Below are positions 29,673 through 39,638 of a stretch of DNA of 64,000 nucleotides, piece by piece (position 1 is the stretch's first letter; the number at the start of each line of letters is the position of its first letter). The notes beneath the pieces are model-generated. The model was not told where the DNA came from. It made no database searches and worked only from the letters and a program-made list of their open reading frames with translations. This stretch comes from an uncultured Clostridium sp. (GTDB lineage: Bacteria > Bacillota > Clostridia > TANB77 > CAG-508), in assembly GCA_947244325.1 (NCBI GenBank), contig CAMXJY010000001.1, positions 171,322-235,321 of the forward strand. The letters are read 5' to 3'. The translations under genes were made by a program, and so were the position numbers.

Positions 29673-30665
29673 TTATTGAGCTTGGACAGCAGTAATAGCC
29701 ACAACCCCCGCAATATCCTCAGCAGAACATCCTCTTGATAAATCATTAACTGGTCTTGCAATACCTTGGCAAAGTGGTCCATATGCTTCTGCCTTTCCTA
29801 ATCTTTGAGTTAATTTATATCCTATATTTCCAGCATTCAAATCTGGGAATATTAATGTATTAGCATTTCCTGCAACATTACTATTGGGAGCTTTACTTTT
29901 TGCTACTTCTGGAACTATTGCTGCATCTAATTGTAATTCTCCATCTACTTTTAATTCTGGGTATTTTTCTTTTATCATGTTAGTTGCATCTATAACTTTT
30001 TGAGTTAATTCTGACTTTGCACTTCCCATTGTAGAATAAGAAAGCATTGCTACTTTTGATTCTTTTCCTACTAATTGTTCAAAGCTTTTACTTGAAGAAT
30101 TAGCTATTTCTACAAGTTCTTCTGAACTAGGATTTTGATTTAATCCACAATCTCCAAAAACAAATACTCCATCTTCTCCATATTCGCATTCTGGTACTAC
30201 CATTAAAAAGAATGCTGATACTAATTTAGTTCCAGGTGCTGTTTTTAAAATTTGAAGTGCTGGTCTTAAAGTATCTGATGTTGAATGAATTGCACCTGAA
30301 ACAAGTCCATCTGCTTCTTCTAATTTTACCATCATCATACCAAAATACACTTCATCTTTTATTAATTCTTCTGCTTTTTCTAAGGTCATACCTTTTTCTT
30401 TTCTAAGTTCATATAATTTCTCTGCATATACTTTACTTTTTTCTGATTTTAAAGGATTTATAATTGTTGCTTTTGAAATATCTAATCCCTCATCATTTGC
30501 CATTTTGTTTATATTTTCTTCATTTCCTATTAGAATTACATCAGCATATCCTTCTTTTAAAACTGTAGCTGTAGCTTTAATTGTTCTAATATCACTAGCT
30601 TCTGGTAATACAATTTTTTTTATGTCTTTTTTTGCTCTTTGTTTTATCGTATCAATAAAGTTCAT
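29673..30665 (-). CDS. pta: phosphate acetyltransferase
   Basis: About 330 aa from the internal Met (MNFIDTIKQRAKK...); the ORF extends 9 codons further upstream. Pta family pattern throughout. Confidence 0.9.
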   Translation of the reverse strand: MNFIDTIKQRAKKDIKKIVLPEASDIRTIKATATVLKEGYADVILIGNEENINKMANDEGLDISKATIINPLKSEKSKVYAEKLYELRKEKGMTLEKAEELIKDEVYFGMMMVKLEEADGLVSGAIHSTSDTLRPALQILKTAPGTKLVSAFFLMVVPECEYGEDGVFVFGDCGLNQNPSSEELVEIANSSSKSFEQLVGKESKVAMLSYSTMGSAKSELTQKVIDATNMIKEKYPELKVDGELQLDAAIVPEVAKSKAPNSNVAGNANTLIFPDLNAGNIGYKLTQRLGKAEAYGPLCQGIARPVNDLSRGCSAEDIAGVVAITAVQAQ

Positions 30666-30764
30666 TATTTTTTCCTCCATAAATCTAATCAAAATAAATT
30701 TATTATTAGCATTTAAAATTAATTAATTCTAATAATATTTTATTAAATAACTTGCTTAAATCAA

Positions 30765-31403
30765 TTATTTATTCTTTTTATATTCATCACAATATTTACT
30801 TACTGGACATTCACTACATTTTGGATTTCGTGCAATACATATTTTTCTACCATGCCATACTAATAAGTGATTTACGTCATAGTAATACTCTTTTGGTATT
30901 ATTTTTAATAAATCTTGTTCAATTTTTTCTGGCTCTACTTTTTTAGAAAGACCGAGTTTATTTGAAATTCTTTTAGCATGTGTATCAACTGCTATTCCTT
31001 GTGGATTATGAAAAGCTTCTAACATAATTACATTAGCACTTTTCCTTCCAACTCCTGGAAGACTTTGTAGTTTTTCCATATCTTCTGGAACAATTCCATT
31101 ATATTCTTCTATTAATTTTTGGCTACATGCTTTTATATTTTTTGCTTTATTTTTATAAAATCCACAAGGATGTATAATTTCTTCTAATTCTTTTATATCA
31201 ATTTTGGCAAGTTTTTCAGGTGTATTATATTTAGAAAAAAGCATAGGTGTTGTTTTATTTACTCTTTCATCTGTACATTGTGCAGAAAGCATTACAGAAA
31301 TCATCATTTCAAATGGTGTTGTAAAATCTAAACTACATGTTGCATCTGGATAAAATTCTTTTAAAATTTTTATTATTTCTATTGCTTCATCTTTTTTCTT
31401 CAT
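30765..31403 (-). CDS. nth: endonuclease III
   Basis: 212 aa with an HhH-GPD domain and a C-terminal 4Fe-4S cluster motif, CIARNPKCSECPVSKYC. Confidence 0.9.
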   Translation of the reverse strand: MKKKDEAIEIIKILKEFYPDATCSLDFTTPFEMMISVMLSAQCTDERVNKTTPMLFSKYNTPEKLAKIDIKELEEIIHPCGFYKNKAKNIKACSQKLIEEYNGIVPEDMEKLQSLPGVGRKSANVIMLEAFHNPQGIAVDTHAKRISNKLGLSKKVEPEKIEQDLLKIIPKEYYYDVNHLLVWHGRKICIARNPKCSECPVSKYCDEYKKNK

Positions 31404-31415
31404 TTTCTACTCCAA

Positions 31416-32609
31416 TTACTCAGAAACAACTTCTTTATTTTCTTTTTTAACAAATATTGTACTTAAAATAACTTTAAATCCATAAGCCATAACTATAAAT
31501 GTAATTATTCCTCCAACAGTTGGTATAAAACCAATTAATTCTATTACAAGATATATTGCAAGTGCTAAAACAAATTTCATTAAATTTGAACATGTTTTTT
31601 TAGTTAATTTTAATATTATCCTTGCAATTTCTAATGATGCTATTGGTACACTAATGCAAAGTGCTATAACATATAATGCTACTATTAAAAGTCCTATTGG
31701 AATTCCAACTAAAGTAACTACTAAAACAAGTGCTATAATTGGTACTAAAATTGTTAATCCTAATCCTACTAATACATCTATAATATAATTTTCTTTTTCG
31801 CTATTTTCTTTATTTTTTGTAATATTTGACCATACTAAAATTATAACTATTGCTGTAAAAGCTTTTGCTAAAATACTTATTACATCTGAAAAAGTATCTG
31901 ATTTTTTTTCTATTACAATTGGCTCTACAGGTATTACTTCTCCAAAGTTTTGATCATTTTTAATATCTATTTCTCCTGAATAAAATGTTCTTCCTGCTAC
32001 TCCACCTGCTGTATTGCTATTTATATTAGTTTTGTTTGACATTGAATAAAAATTACGATATGAATATCCTTTAAATTCACAAGTTTCTGCAAAAACTCTT
32101 ATATCTCTATAAGAATATGAATTTTCTCCAATTATAACCTTATTTCCAGCAGCATAAATATCATTTGCTCCTGAATTAATTTCTACATTATTTCCAAAAG
32201 CATATATAGATCCTGATACACTTGCATCTATTTTTACACTTTCTCCAAATACAAATAAATTTCCTGATATTGCTTGTGAAGATACAGTAACATTTTTACC
32301 TATTAAATATACATTTCCATCTACTAATTTATCATAAACTATATCTTCTGAACATAAATATACATCATCTTCTAAAAATTCTATTCCGCCTTCCTCATAA
32401 GAAATTCCATTTCTATCTGGATAATCAGATATAGGCATTATTCCATCTTCACTAATTTCATCAGTTGTTCCATCCAAAACTGGCATTTCTACATCCTGAT
32501 TTGCTGATACTTCCATATTATCATTTACTTCTGTAGCAAATGCAGAAGTTGATATTAACAATACTATTGCTAATACTAATAAAGTTTTTAAAAAGCTTTT
32601 CTTTTTCAT
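31416..32609 (-). CDS. secreted/membrane protein with bactofilin-like beta-helix repeats and a C-terminal multi-TM domain
   Basis: 397 aa with a signal peptide, repeats of GN(V/L)x(V/I)xG... (GNVYLIGKNVTV, GNLFVFGESVKI, GSIYAFGNNVEI, AAGNKVIIG), then about 5 TM helices. Confidence 0.4.
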   Translation of the reverse strand: MKKKSFLKTLLVLAIVLLISTSAFATEVNDNMEVSANQDVEMPVLDGTTDEISEDGIMPISDYPDRNGISYEEGGIEFLEDDVYLCSEDIVYDKLVDGNVYLIGKNVTVSSQAISGNLFVFGESVKIDASVSGSIYAFGNNVEINSGANDIYAAGNKVIIGENSYSYRDIRVFAETCEFKGYSYRNFYSMSNKTNINSNTAGGVAGRTFYSGEIDIKNDQNFGEVIPVEPIVIEKKSDTFSDVISILAKAFTAIVIILVWSNITKNKENSEKENYIIDVLVGLGLTILVPIIALVLVVTLVGIPIGLLIVALYVIALCISVPIASLEIARIILKLTKKTCSNLMKFVLALAIYLVIELIGFIPTVGGIITFIVMAYGFKVILSTIFVKKENKEVVSE

Positions 32610-32682
32610 TTTTTTCCTCCTAAAATTATTTTATTAAAATTTAAAATTTAATCAATTATAATCTTCATGTTTCAAAACTAAC

Positions 32683-33345
32683 TTATTCTCTTAAGCTTTT
32701 TACAGCTTCAGTAATATTTTCAGCTGATGTTAAATAACTTCCTACTGCTAATATATTTGCTCCTGCATCTATAGAAGCTTTAGCTGTTACATTATTAATT
32801 CCACAATCAACTTCAATATCTATATCTAAATTATTTTCAGATACATATTCTCTTAATTCTTTTACTTTTTCTAGTGTTTCTGGCATTAATCCTTGACCAC
32901 CTTTTCCAGGATTTGCAGTCATTATTAAAACCATATGTATATATTTTAAATATTCTTTTATTTCCTCTATACTTGTGGCTGGATTAATTGCAATTCCAAC
33001 TTTTGAACCACAGTTTTTTATTTCTTCTATAATATTTTTTACTCTTTCTTTATCTTCTTTTACTGCTTCTATATGAAAAGTTATTATTTGTGGTTCTAAC
33101 ATTGAATACTCATCTATAAATTCTTCAACATTTTCTACCATCAAATGTACATCTAATCCTAAATTTGATATATGAGAAATTGTTAATGCATAATCTTTCA
33201 TTATTTCTGTTGTATCTCTTTCAACAAATTTTCCATCCATAACATCTATGTGAAAATAATTTATTTTTGCTACTTCTAAATTATATAATGTTCTAGTAGC
33301 ATTTTCTCTCTCTAAACTTAATAATGACGCTGAAACTTCTATCAT
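32683..33345 (-). CDS. rpe: ribulose-phosphate 3-epimerase
   Basis: About 220 aa from the internal Met (MIEVSASLLS...). Rpe TIM-barrel motifs (HIDVMDG, VDGG). Confidence 0.85.
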   Translation of the reverse strand: MIEVSASLLSLERENATRTLYNLEVAKINYFHIDVMDGKFVERDTTEIMKDYALTISHISNLGLDVHLMVENVEEFIDEYSMLEPQIITFHIEAVKEDKERVKNIIEEIKNCGSKVGIAINPATSIEEIKEYLKYIHMVLIMTANPGKGGQGLMPETLEKVKELREYVSENNLDIDIEVDCGINNVTAKASIDAGANILAVGSYLTSAENITEAVKSLRE

Positions 33346-33408
33346 TTTTACTCCTATTCTCAAAATATGAGACATGATTTTTTATTTATCATGCCTCAAT
33401 TGTTTTGT

Positions 33409-35469
33409 TTATTTATCAACATTTATTACTTGGTCACCTTTTTTGAAATCAACAGTTTGAGTAAATTTAGTAACTCCATTTACTTTTACTTTTACTTCTT
33501 TTACTCCAGATGTAGTCCAAGTTTGAGAAATATCTGTTTTTGTCATATTATAACTATTGCTTAAAATTATATCTTCTCCGACTTCAATTACAACTGTTGC
33601 TTTTTCAACTTCTGGTACTGATACTGTATTTTGAACTGTATTACCAAACTCATCTGTTTTTGATTCTGTAACAGGTTTTGGTTCTGTATAATTCATTAAT
33701 GATTTTAAATTGACATTAACTGTTAATGTTGATCTTGTAGGCTGTTTATTTACAACTATATTTACTGATTCTCCCTCTTTTATTGTCTTATTAATTGGAT
33801 TTTGAGAAATAACTACTCTATCTGATTTTGAAGAATCTTCTTCATAAGTTATATTTACTACTAAACCTAAAGCACTTAGTGTTTGATATGCTTTTTCCTC
33901 TGAATCTCCTACTGTACTTGGTACAGTAACATCTTTATAAGCACTACCTTTACTTACTGTTATATTTACAACTGTTGCTGCTGTAATTTCTTCTCCTGCT
34001 TCTGGGTCAACATCTATTACTATTCCAGCTTCTACTGTTTCGCTTGTTTCTTCTTTTATTTCATATTTTAATTCTAATTCATCTAATTCTTCTTTAACAT
34101 CTTCTATATTTTTGCCTTTTATTCTTTTTGGCAATGTTACTATTTTTTGTCCTTTACTTACAATTAATTTAATTGGTTGTGTAACATTAATTGTAAAATT
34201 AGACTGATATTCTGGTGTTTGAGAAATTACATATCCTTCTTCAACATCATCATTATATTCTTCTTCAACTGTAATATCTTTAATTCCTAAATCATTTAAA
34301 GCTTTTATTGCTTCATCTTTTGACATTCTCTTTTCATCATTTGTTCCAGCAACATTAGGTATTTGTACTTGTGCTGGTCTATCTGCATTTAAGAATCCTA
34401 TTGTTCCGAACATTGCAACTACAAATAAAATTACTGCTACCAAAAGTATTGTTACTGGTTTTGCCCATTTATGATTTTCATAAAATGCTTTTATTTTATT
34501 TTCTTTTGCATTTTTAGATTTACTTTCATCTATTTTTGGTGCTTTTCTATCATTATTTTTTTCCATTTCAATTTCATATAATGTAGGTATTTTTTGTGTT
34601 GGTGAATCATCACTTCTAGTTGCTAAAACTACAAAATCTTCATTTGGTTTTTTTAGAGCAAGTGATAAATCTTGAACCATTTCTGTTGCATTTTGATATC
34701 TAAGATTTGGATCTTTTTGCATAGCTTTTAATATAATTCTATTTACGCTTACTGGTATATTTTCATTATATTTCATTGGGTCTACTGGCTCTTCTTGTAC
34801 TTGTTTTAACGCTACTGATACTGGTGTATCTGCATCAAATGGAACTTTTCCTGTAAGCATTTCATACATAACTATTCCTAATGAATATAAATCTGATTTA
34901 GCATCTGTATATCCACCTCTTGCATGTTCAGGTGAAAAATAATGTACTGAACCAATTGTTGTTCCAAATGCTGTTATTGTTGAATTTGATACTGCTTTTG
35001 CTATTCCAAAATCTGTTACTTTTGCTATTCCATCTTCTGTTATTATAATATTATGTGGTTTTATATCTCTATGTATTATACTATTTTTATGTGCTGTTTC
35101 TAATGCTGAAGCTATTTGAATTGCTATATTAACAGACCATTTCCAAGAAAGTATGCCGTCTTCTGTTATTATCTCTTTTAATGTTTTTCCTTGTATTAAT
35201 TCCATTACTATATAATATAAATTATCTTCATTACAAACATCATATATTTGAACTATATTAGGATGTGCAAGGCTTGCTGCTGATTGTGCTTCTGTATTAA
35301 ATTTTTTTATAAATTCACTATCAGTAGTAAATTCATCTTTAAGTATTTTTATAGCTACATATCGATTTAAAACATGGCATTTGGCTTTATATACAGTTGC
35401 CATACCACCATTACCGATTTTTTCTAAAACTTCATATCTATTATTTAACATTTTTCCTATAAGATTCAT
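33409..35469 (-). CDS. prkC: Ser/Thr protein kinase with three PASTA repeats (PrkC/Stk1)
   Basis: 686 aa with a Hanks kinase domain (VAIK, HRDIKPHN, DFGIA), a TM segment, and 3 PASTA-like extracellular repeats. Confidence 0.9.
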   Translation of the reverse strand: MNLIGKMLNNRYEVLEKIGNGGMATVYKAKCHVLNRYVAIKILKDEFTTDSEFIKKFNTEAQSAASLAHPNIVQIYDVCNEDNLYYIVMELIQGKTLKEIITEDGILSWKWSVNIAIQIASALETAHKNSIIHRDIKPHNIIITEDGIAKVTDFGIAKAVSNSTITAFGTTIGSVHYFSPEHARGGYTDAKSDLYSLGIVMYEMLTGKVPFDADTPVSVALKQVQEEPVDPMKYNENIPVSVNRIILKAMQKDPNLRYQNATEMVQDLSLALKKPNEDFVVLATRSDDSPTQKIPTLYEIEMEKNNDRKAPKIDESKSKNAKENKIKAFYENHKWAKPVTILLVAVILFVVAMFGTIGFLNADRPAQVQIPNVAGTNDEKRMSKDEAIKALNDLGIKDITVEEEYNDDVEEGYVISQTPEYQSNFTINVTQPIKLIVSKGQKIVTLPKRIKGKNIEDVKEELDELELKYEIKEETSETVEAGIVIDVDPEAGEEITAATVVNITVSKGSAYKDVTVPSTVGDSEEKAYQTLSALGLVVNITYEEDSSKSDRVVISQNPINKTIKEGESVNIVVNKQPTRSTLTVNVNLKSLMNYTEPKPVTESKTDEFGNTVQNTVSVPEVEKATVVIEVGEDIILSNSYNMTKTDISQTWTTSGVKEVKVKVNGVTKFTQTVDFKKGDQVINVDK

Positions 35470-35471
35470 AA

Positions 35472-36239
35472 TTATCTCTCCTTAGTTTCATCACTAATAT
35501 CTATATTGTCTATAATGATTGCCGTTATATTGTCATAACCACCAAGCTCGTTTGCGCTATTAATTAAAGCCTCTTCTGGATGTTCTGGATTTTTTAATAA
35601 TAAATTATAAATTTCATTTTCTCTTAACATATTAGTAAGTCCGTCTGAACACATTAGTATTATATCATCTTTAAAAAATCCCTTACATATTAAATCTGGT
35701 TCTACAAGAGTGTTACATCCCAAAGCTTTCATTAACATATTCTTTTTTGGATGATTATAAGCCTCTTCTTTTGTTATTGTTCCTTCTTTTACCAATTTTT
35801 CAACATAACTATGGTCTGTTGTAATTCTTCTAATTATATTTTTTCTTATTCTATAAACTCTACTATCTCCAACATGACCTATAAATACTTTATTATTATA
35901 TATTAAACAAACATCTAAAGTAGTACCCATATCTTGAAGTTCTTCATCTTCTTTTGACTTCTCACATACAATTTCATTTGCATATTCTATCGCTTCTTTT
36001 ATTAATTGTAAAATTGATTCTCTTTCTTTTCTTATATTTTTAAAATTATTAAAAATATAATTTCTTGTATTAGCAACAGCAAGTGAACTTGCAATTTCTC
36101 CGCCTTTATATCCACCCATACCATCTGCTAATATATATAATTTTATGTCATCATTTTCTAAATCTGATATATAATAACTATCTTGGTTCATTTCTCTAGA
36201 TTTTCCAATATCAGATTTCGCCAAAATTCTCAAAAACAT
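35472..36239 (-). CDS. prpC: PP2C-family Ser/Thr phosphatase (PrpC/Stp1)
   Basis: 255 aa with DGMGG and PP2C motifs. Confidence 0.9.
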   Translation of the reverse strand: MFLRILAKSDIGKSREMNQDSYYISDLENDDIKLYILADGMGGYKGGEIASSLAVANTRNYIFNNFKNIRKERESILQLIKEAIEYANEIVCEKSKEDEELQDMGTTLDVCLIYNNKVFIGHVGDSRVYRIRKNIIRRITTDHSYVEKLVKEGTITKEEAYNHPKKNMLMKALGCNTLVEPDLICKGFFKDDIILMCSDGLTNMLRENEIYNLLLKNPEHPEEALINSANELGGYDNITAIIIDNIDISDETKER

Positions 36240-37297
36240 TCACCTCTTATCTCTACCCGAAGATTCTGTCTTCTTAATTGACCACATGCAGCTGATATAT
36301 CAGCTCCTAGTTCTCTTCTTATAGTAGCTACTATTCCATGATCATTTAGGTAATCTCTAAATTTTATTATATTCTCATTTGTACTTTTAGTATATTTTCC
36401 ATCTTCTATTTTATTGATTGGTATTAAATTCACATGTGCAAGCATTCCATGTAAAAGTGCTGCAAGTTCTTTTGCATCATTTAAATTATCATTGTTATCT
36501 TTTGCTAAAGCATATTCAAAAGAAATTCTTTTATTTGTTTTTTCTATGTAATATTTACAAGCCTTCATTAGTTCTTCTATTGGATAACTATTGTTTATCG
36601 GCATCATCGAACTTCTTATTTTATTATTACTGCTATGCAAAGATACTGATAATGTACATTGCATTTTTCTATCTGCCAACTCATATATTTTAGGTACTAT
36701 TCCACTTGTTGAAATACTTATATGTCTAGCACCTATATTTATTCCTTTTGGATTATTTAAAATCTTTATTGCTTCCATTACATTTTCATAATTATCTAAT
36801 GGTTCTCCAATTCCCATAAAAACAATATTAGAAATTTTAATATTATTATCTTTTTCAATTGCTAATAATTGTTCTACTATTTCTCCTGCTTCTAAGTTTC
36901 TTGAAAATGGTATTCCTGTAGATGCACAAAATTTGCATCCCATTTTACATCCAATTTGACTTGAAACACAAATTGTATATCCATGATGATACTGCATAAG
37001 TACTGTTTCTATTAAATTTTTATTTTCATCTTGCAAATCAAATAAATACTTTTTTGTTCCATCAATAGACTCTAGCTTATGTACAATTTTAAATAAACCT
37101 AAACTATAATTTTCTTCTAATTTTTTTCTTAAATCTAAAGATAAGTTTGTCATTTCTTCAAACGAACTTACTTTTTCTTGATATAACCACTTAAATATTT
37201 GTTCTGCTCTAAATGGCTTTTCATTTAAGTTTTTTAGTTCTTCTTTTAAATTATCTAAATCATAATTTTTTATATTTTTTTTCAATGTTTCCACCAT
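36230..37297 (-). CDS. rlmN: 23S rRNA (A2503-C2)/tRNA methyltransferase RlmN (radical SAM)
   Basis: 355 aa with a CxxxCxxC radical-SAM motif (GCKMGCKFCAS). Holds the one in-frame CGG of a native gene in this window (..NLRVEI.., 10 codons from the end). Confidence 0.9.
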   Translation of the reverse strand: MVETLKKNIKNYDLDNLKEELKNLNEKPFRAEQIFKWLYQEKVSSFEEMTNLSLDLRKKLEENYSLGLFKIVHKLESIDGTKKYLFDLQDENKNLIETVLMQYHHGYTICVSSQIGCKMGCKFCASTGIPFSRNLEAGEIVEQLLAIEKDNNIKISNIVFMGIGEPLDNYENVMEAIKILNNPKGINIGARHISISTSGIVPKIYELADRKMQCTLSVSLHSSNNKIRSSMMPINNSYPIEELMKACKYYIEKTNKRISFEYALAKDNNDNLNDAKELAALLHGMLAHVNLIPINKIEDGKYTKSTNENIIKFRDYLNDHGIVATIRRELGADISAACGQLRRQNLRVEIRGECF

Positions 37298-37346
37298 TCC
37301 TATATATCGTTTGTTATATCATATAATAGTTTTTTTTACAATATAT

Positions 37347-38615
37347 TTATTCGAATTTAATATCTTCTAATTTATAATCTTCTGGTTTCAATCCAATCCT
37401 TGTTTTCATATACATTATTAGCATAATCACTATTATAAAAAATATAATTCCTATTATAATAATTGCATTAGATGAATCTGTTATTTCTAATAAATATGAA
37501 CCTATAAATCCTAAAATTGCCCTTGCTAAATTTCTACTAATAGAATTTACTGCATATATTTTAGATATTAAGTTTTCACTTGCAAAATTTTGTAAATATC
37601 TTGCTGTTATAACTTGATTTACCCCTTTAAATAAATTATAAAAAGCAACTGCTGGAAATATTATACTAATTGACAATACCATATTTAATTTTAAAACACC
37701 CGTAATACCAATAATAAATATACTAGCTAATGTTCCAACTAATATAACACTTAAAGATTTATTTTTAAATTTATTATGAAAATCTAGTTGCTTTTTTGAA
37801 CCTATCCCTGAAAAAATTTCAGACATTGATGTCTTTATTGCAAGTATAATTGCAACTGCTCCTATATCTTTTAATAGATTATTTACACAAGTAGTCATCA
37901 AACAAAATACTGCCCAAATAATACCCGAATATAATAGTAACGCTTTTAATCTATTGGATTTAAATATAAATTTTAATGAAATTTTTAATTCATTAATATA
38001 TGTAATAATACTTTCATTTTCTGTTTTATTTTCTTCCGCTATCTCTGTAAACGCTAATGACATGATTATACTAATTATTGAAATAATAAAAGAAGATATT
38101 AATGGTATATATGGGTTTACTTGATATAATATTCCAGCTAAAACTGCTGTAATAGCTGATATATAATAATAGTTTTTAGATCCTCTACCTTCTATTTTAG
38201 AATATATTTCTCCCTTTTTAGAAGTATCAGGAATAGAATTATTTAATAAACTTATATCTGCTGTATCTTTTATTGAGAAACAAAAAGCATCTAGTAATTG
38301 TGCAAAAATTAAAGTCCAAATATTTTTACAATTCATTATTACTAAAACATATAAAGCTAAAAATATATTTGCAATAACAGTACATCTCTTTTTTCCTATT
38401 TTATCAATTGCTATAACTATTGGTATTTGTAAAATTATTGAAAATAAAGAATAAAATGATTGTCCTAAAACAATATCAGATGCTGTTAAATTTTTAACTT
38501 GTGTTAAAAACATAAATTCTATAGCATAATAAAAAATATGATCTAACGATAACATTCTATATAATGAATATATTTTCATATTTTGCTTTCTAATTTTAAC
38601 ATCATTACTTTTCAT
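37347..38615 (-). CDS. MFS transporter
   Basis: 422 aa, 12 predicted TM helices, MFS-like loop (DKIGKKR). Confidence 0.7.
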   Translation of the reverse strand: MKSNDVKIRKQNMKIYSLYRMLSLDHIFYYAIEFMFLTQVKNLTASDIVLGQSFYSLFSIILQIPIVIAIDKIGKKRCTVIANIFLALYVLVIMNCKNIWTLIFAQLLDAFCFSIKDTADISLLNNSIPDTSKKGEIYSKIEGRGSKNYYYISAITAVLAGILYQVNPYIPLISSFIISIISIIMSLAFTEIAEENKTENESIITYINELKISLKFIFKSNRLKALLLYSGIIWAVFCLMTTCVNNLLKDIGAVAIILAIKTSMSEIFSGIGSKKQLDFHNKFKNKSLSVILVGTLASIFIIGITGVLKLNMVLSISIIFPAVAFYNLFKGVNQVITARYLQNFASENLISKIYAVNSISRNLARAILGFIGSYLLEITDSSNAIIIIGIIFFIIVIMLIMYMKTRIGLKPEDYKLEDIKFE

Positions 38616-38742
38616 AAGTATTTCTCCAAATATCTATATACAAATTAATTTCTTATATACATCTTTTTCTATAATTGATATTTTCTAAAAAAAATTAAGA
38701 TTTTTATTTCATTATTATTTTTTGTTAAATAGTACTTCTATA

Positions 38743-39630
38743 TTACTTTTTTAATATTTTTCTAATTGGTATTTCTATTAATAATTCTAATTTTCTCACT
38801 AGATTTAAAACTTTAAATATGAATGCTTGTATAAAATTTATTTTATTATATTTTTTATGATAATAAATTTTGCTTTTATATAATTGCTTCATTTTTTTAT
38901 AATAATTTAATGATTTTCCTATTGCTTGGCTTTCGTAATGTATAAATTTTTCACTATTTAAACTTATTGTTTTTAAACCTTTTTCTTTTAATTTATGTGC
39001 TAAAATATCCTCTTCATAAAATAAAAATACTTCTTCATCTAAAAGTCCTATATCTTTTAAAACATCATATCTTATTATAAAAAATGCTCCTGAAATAGCT
39101 TCTACTTCTAAAATTTCTTTTTTATAATCTTCTTCTGAATATTCTCCACCTCGAAGAAACTTATAAAAAAGAATTTCTAAAATTCTAGTAGAATGTATAA
39201 CATCTAAAGCAAATGTTCTAATTTTCCAGCTACTTCTTCTAATTGGCATATTATCTTTTCCAAACATTCTTGGAGCTATTACTGCTATATTTTTGTCTTT
39301 TTGAGCCACATCTAAACAATGTTCTATTGCTTGTTTTGTTATTTCTATATCTGGATTTGATATAATTATATAATCATATTTTTCGTTTAAATTATCTAAA
39401 TATTTAATACCAAAATTGTTTCCATAATCATATCCACCATTTTTTTCAGATTGAATAACTTTTACTTTATCATTTTCTAATTTTTTTAAATTTTCAAAAG
39501 CACTAATAGTAGTAGACATATTATCTACTACTACTATTCTATCTATTATATTATATTTATTTATTGTTTTAACAAATTTTTCTGTATCTTCTAAATCATC
39601 ATAATTTACTATAATAGCTGCAACTTTCAT
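38743..39630 (-). CDS. glycosyltransferase family 2
   Basis: 295 aa, GT-A fold N-terminus (AAIIVNYDD..., DNMSTT, DxD-like DYII). Confidence 0.75.
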   Translation of the reverse strand: MKVAAIIVNYDDLEDTEKFVKTINKYNIIDRIVVVDNMSTTISAFENLKKLENDKVKVIQSEKNGGYDYGNNFGIKYLDNLNEKYDYIIISNPDIEITKQAIEHCLDVAQKDKNIAVIAPRMFGKDNMPIRRSSWKIRTFALDVIHSTRILEILFYKFLRGGEYSEEDYKKEILEVEAISGAFFIIRYDVLKDIGLLDEEVFLFYEEDILAHKLKEKGLKTISLNSEKFIHYESQAIGKSLNYYKKMKQLYKSKIYYHKKYNKINFIQAFIFKVLNLVRKLELLIEIPIRKILKK

Positions 39631-39638
39631 ATATTCTC

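Noticed and set aside
36257-36259. In-frame CGG (Arg) near the end of rlmN as a possible sixth recoding site
   Set aside because: It is followed by G, not A. A +1 shift would hit a stop immediately, and both outcomes end the protein within 10 residues, so it is uninformative.
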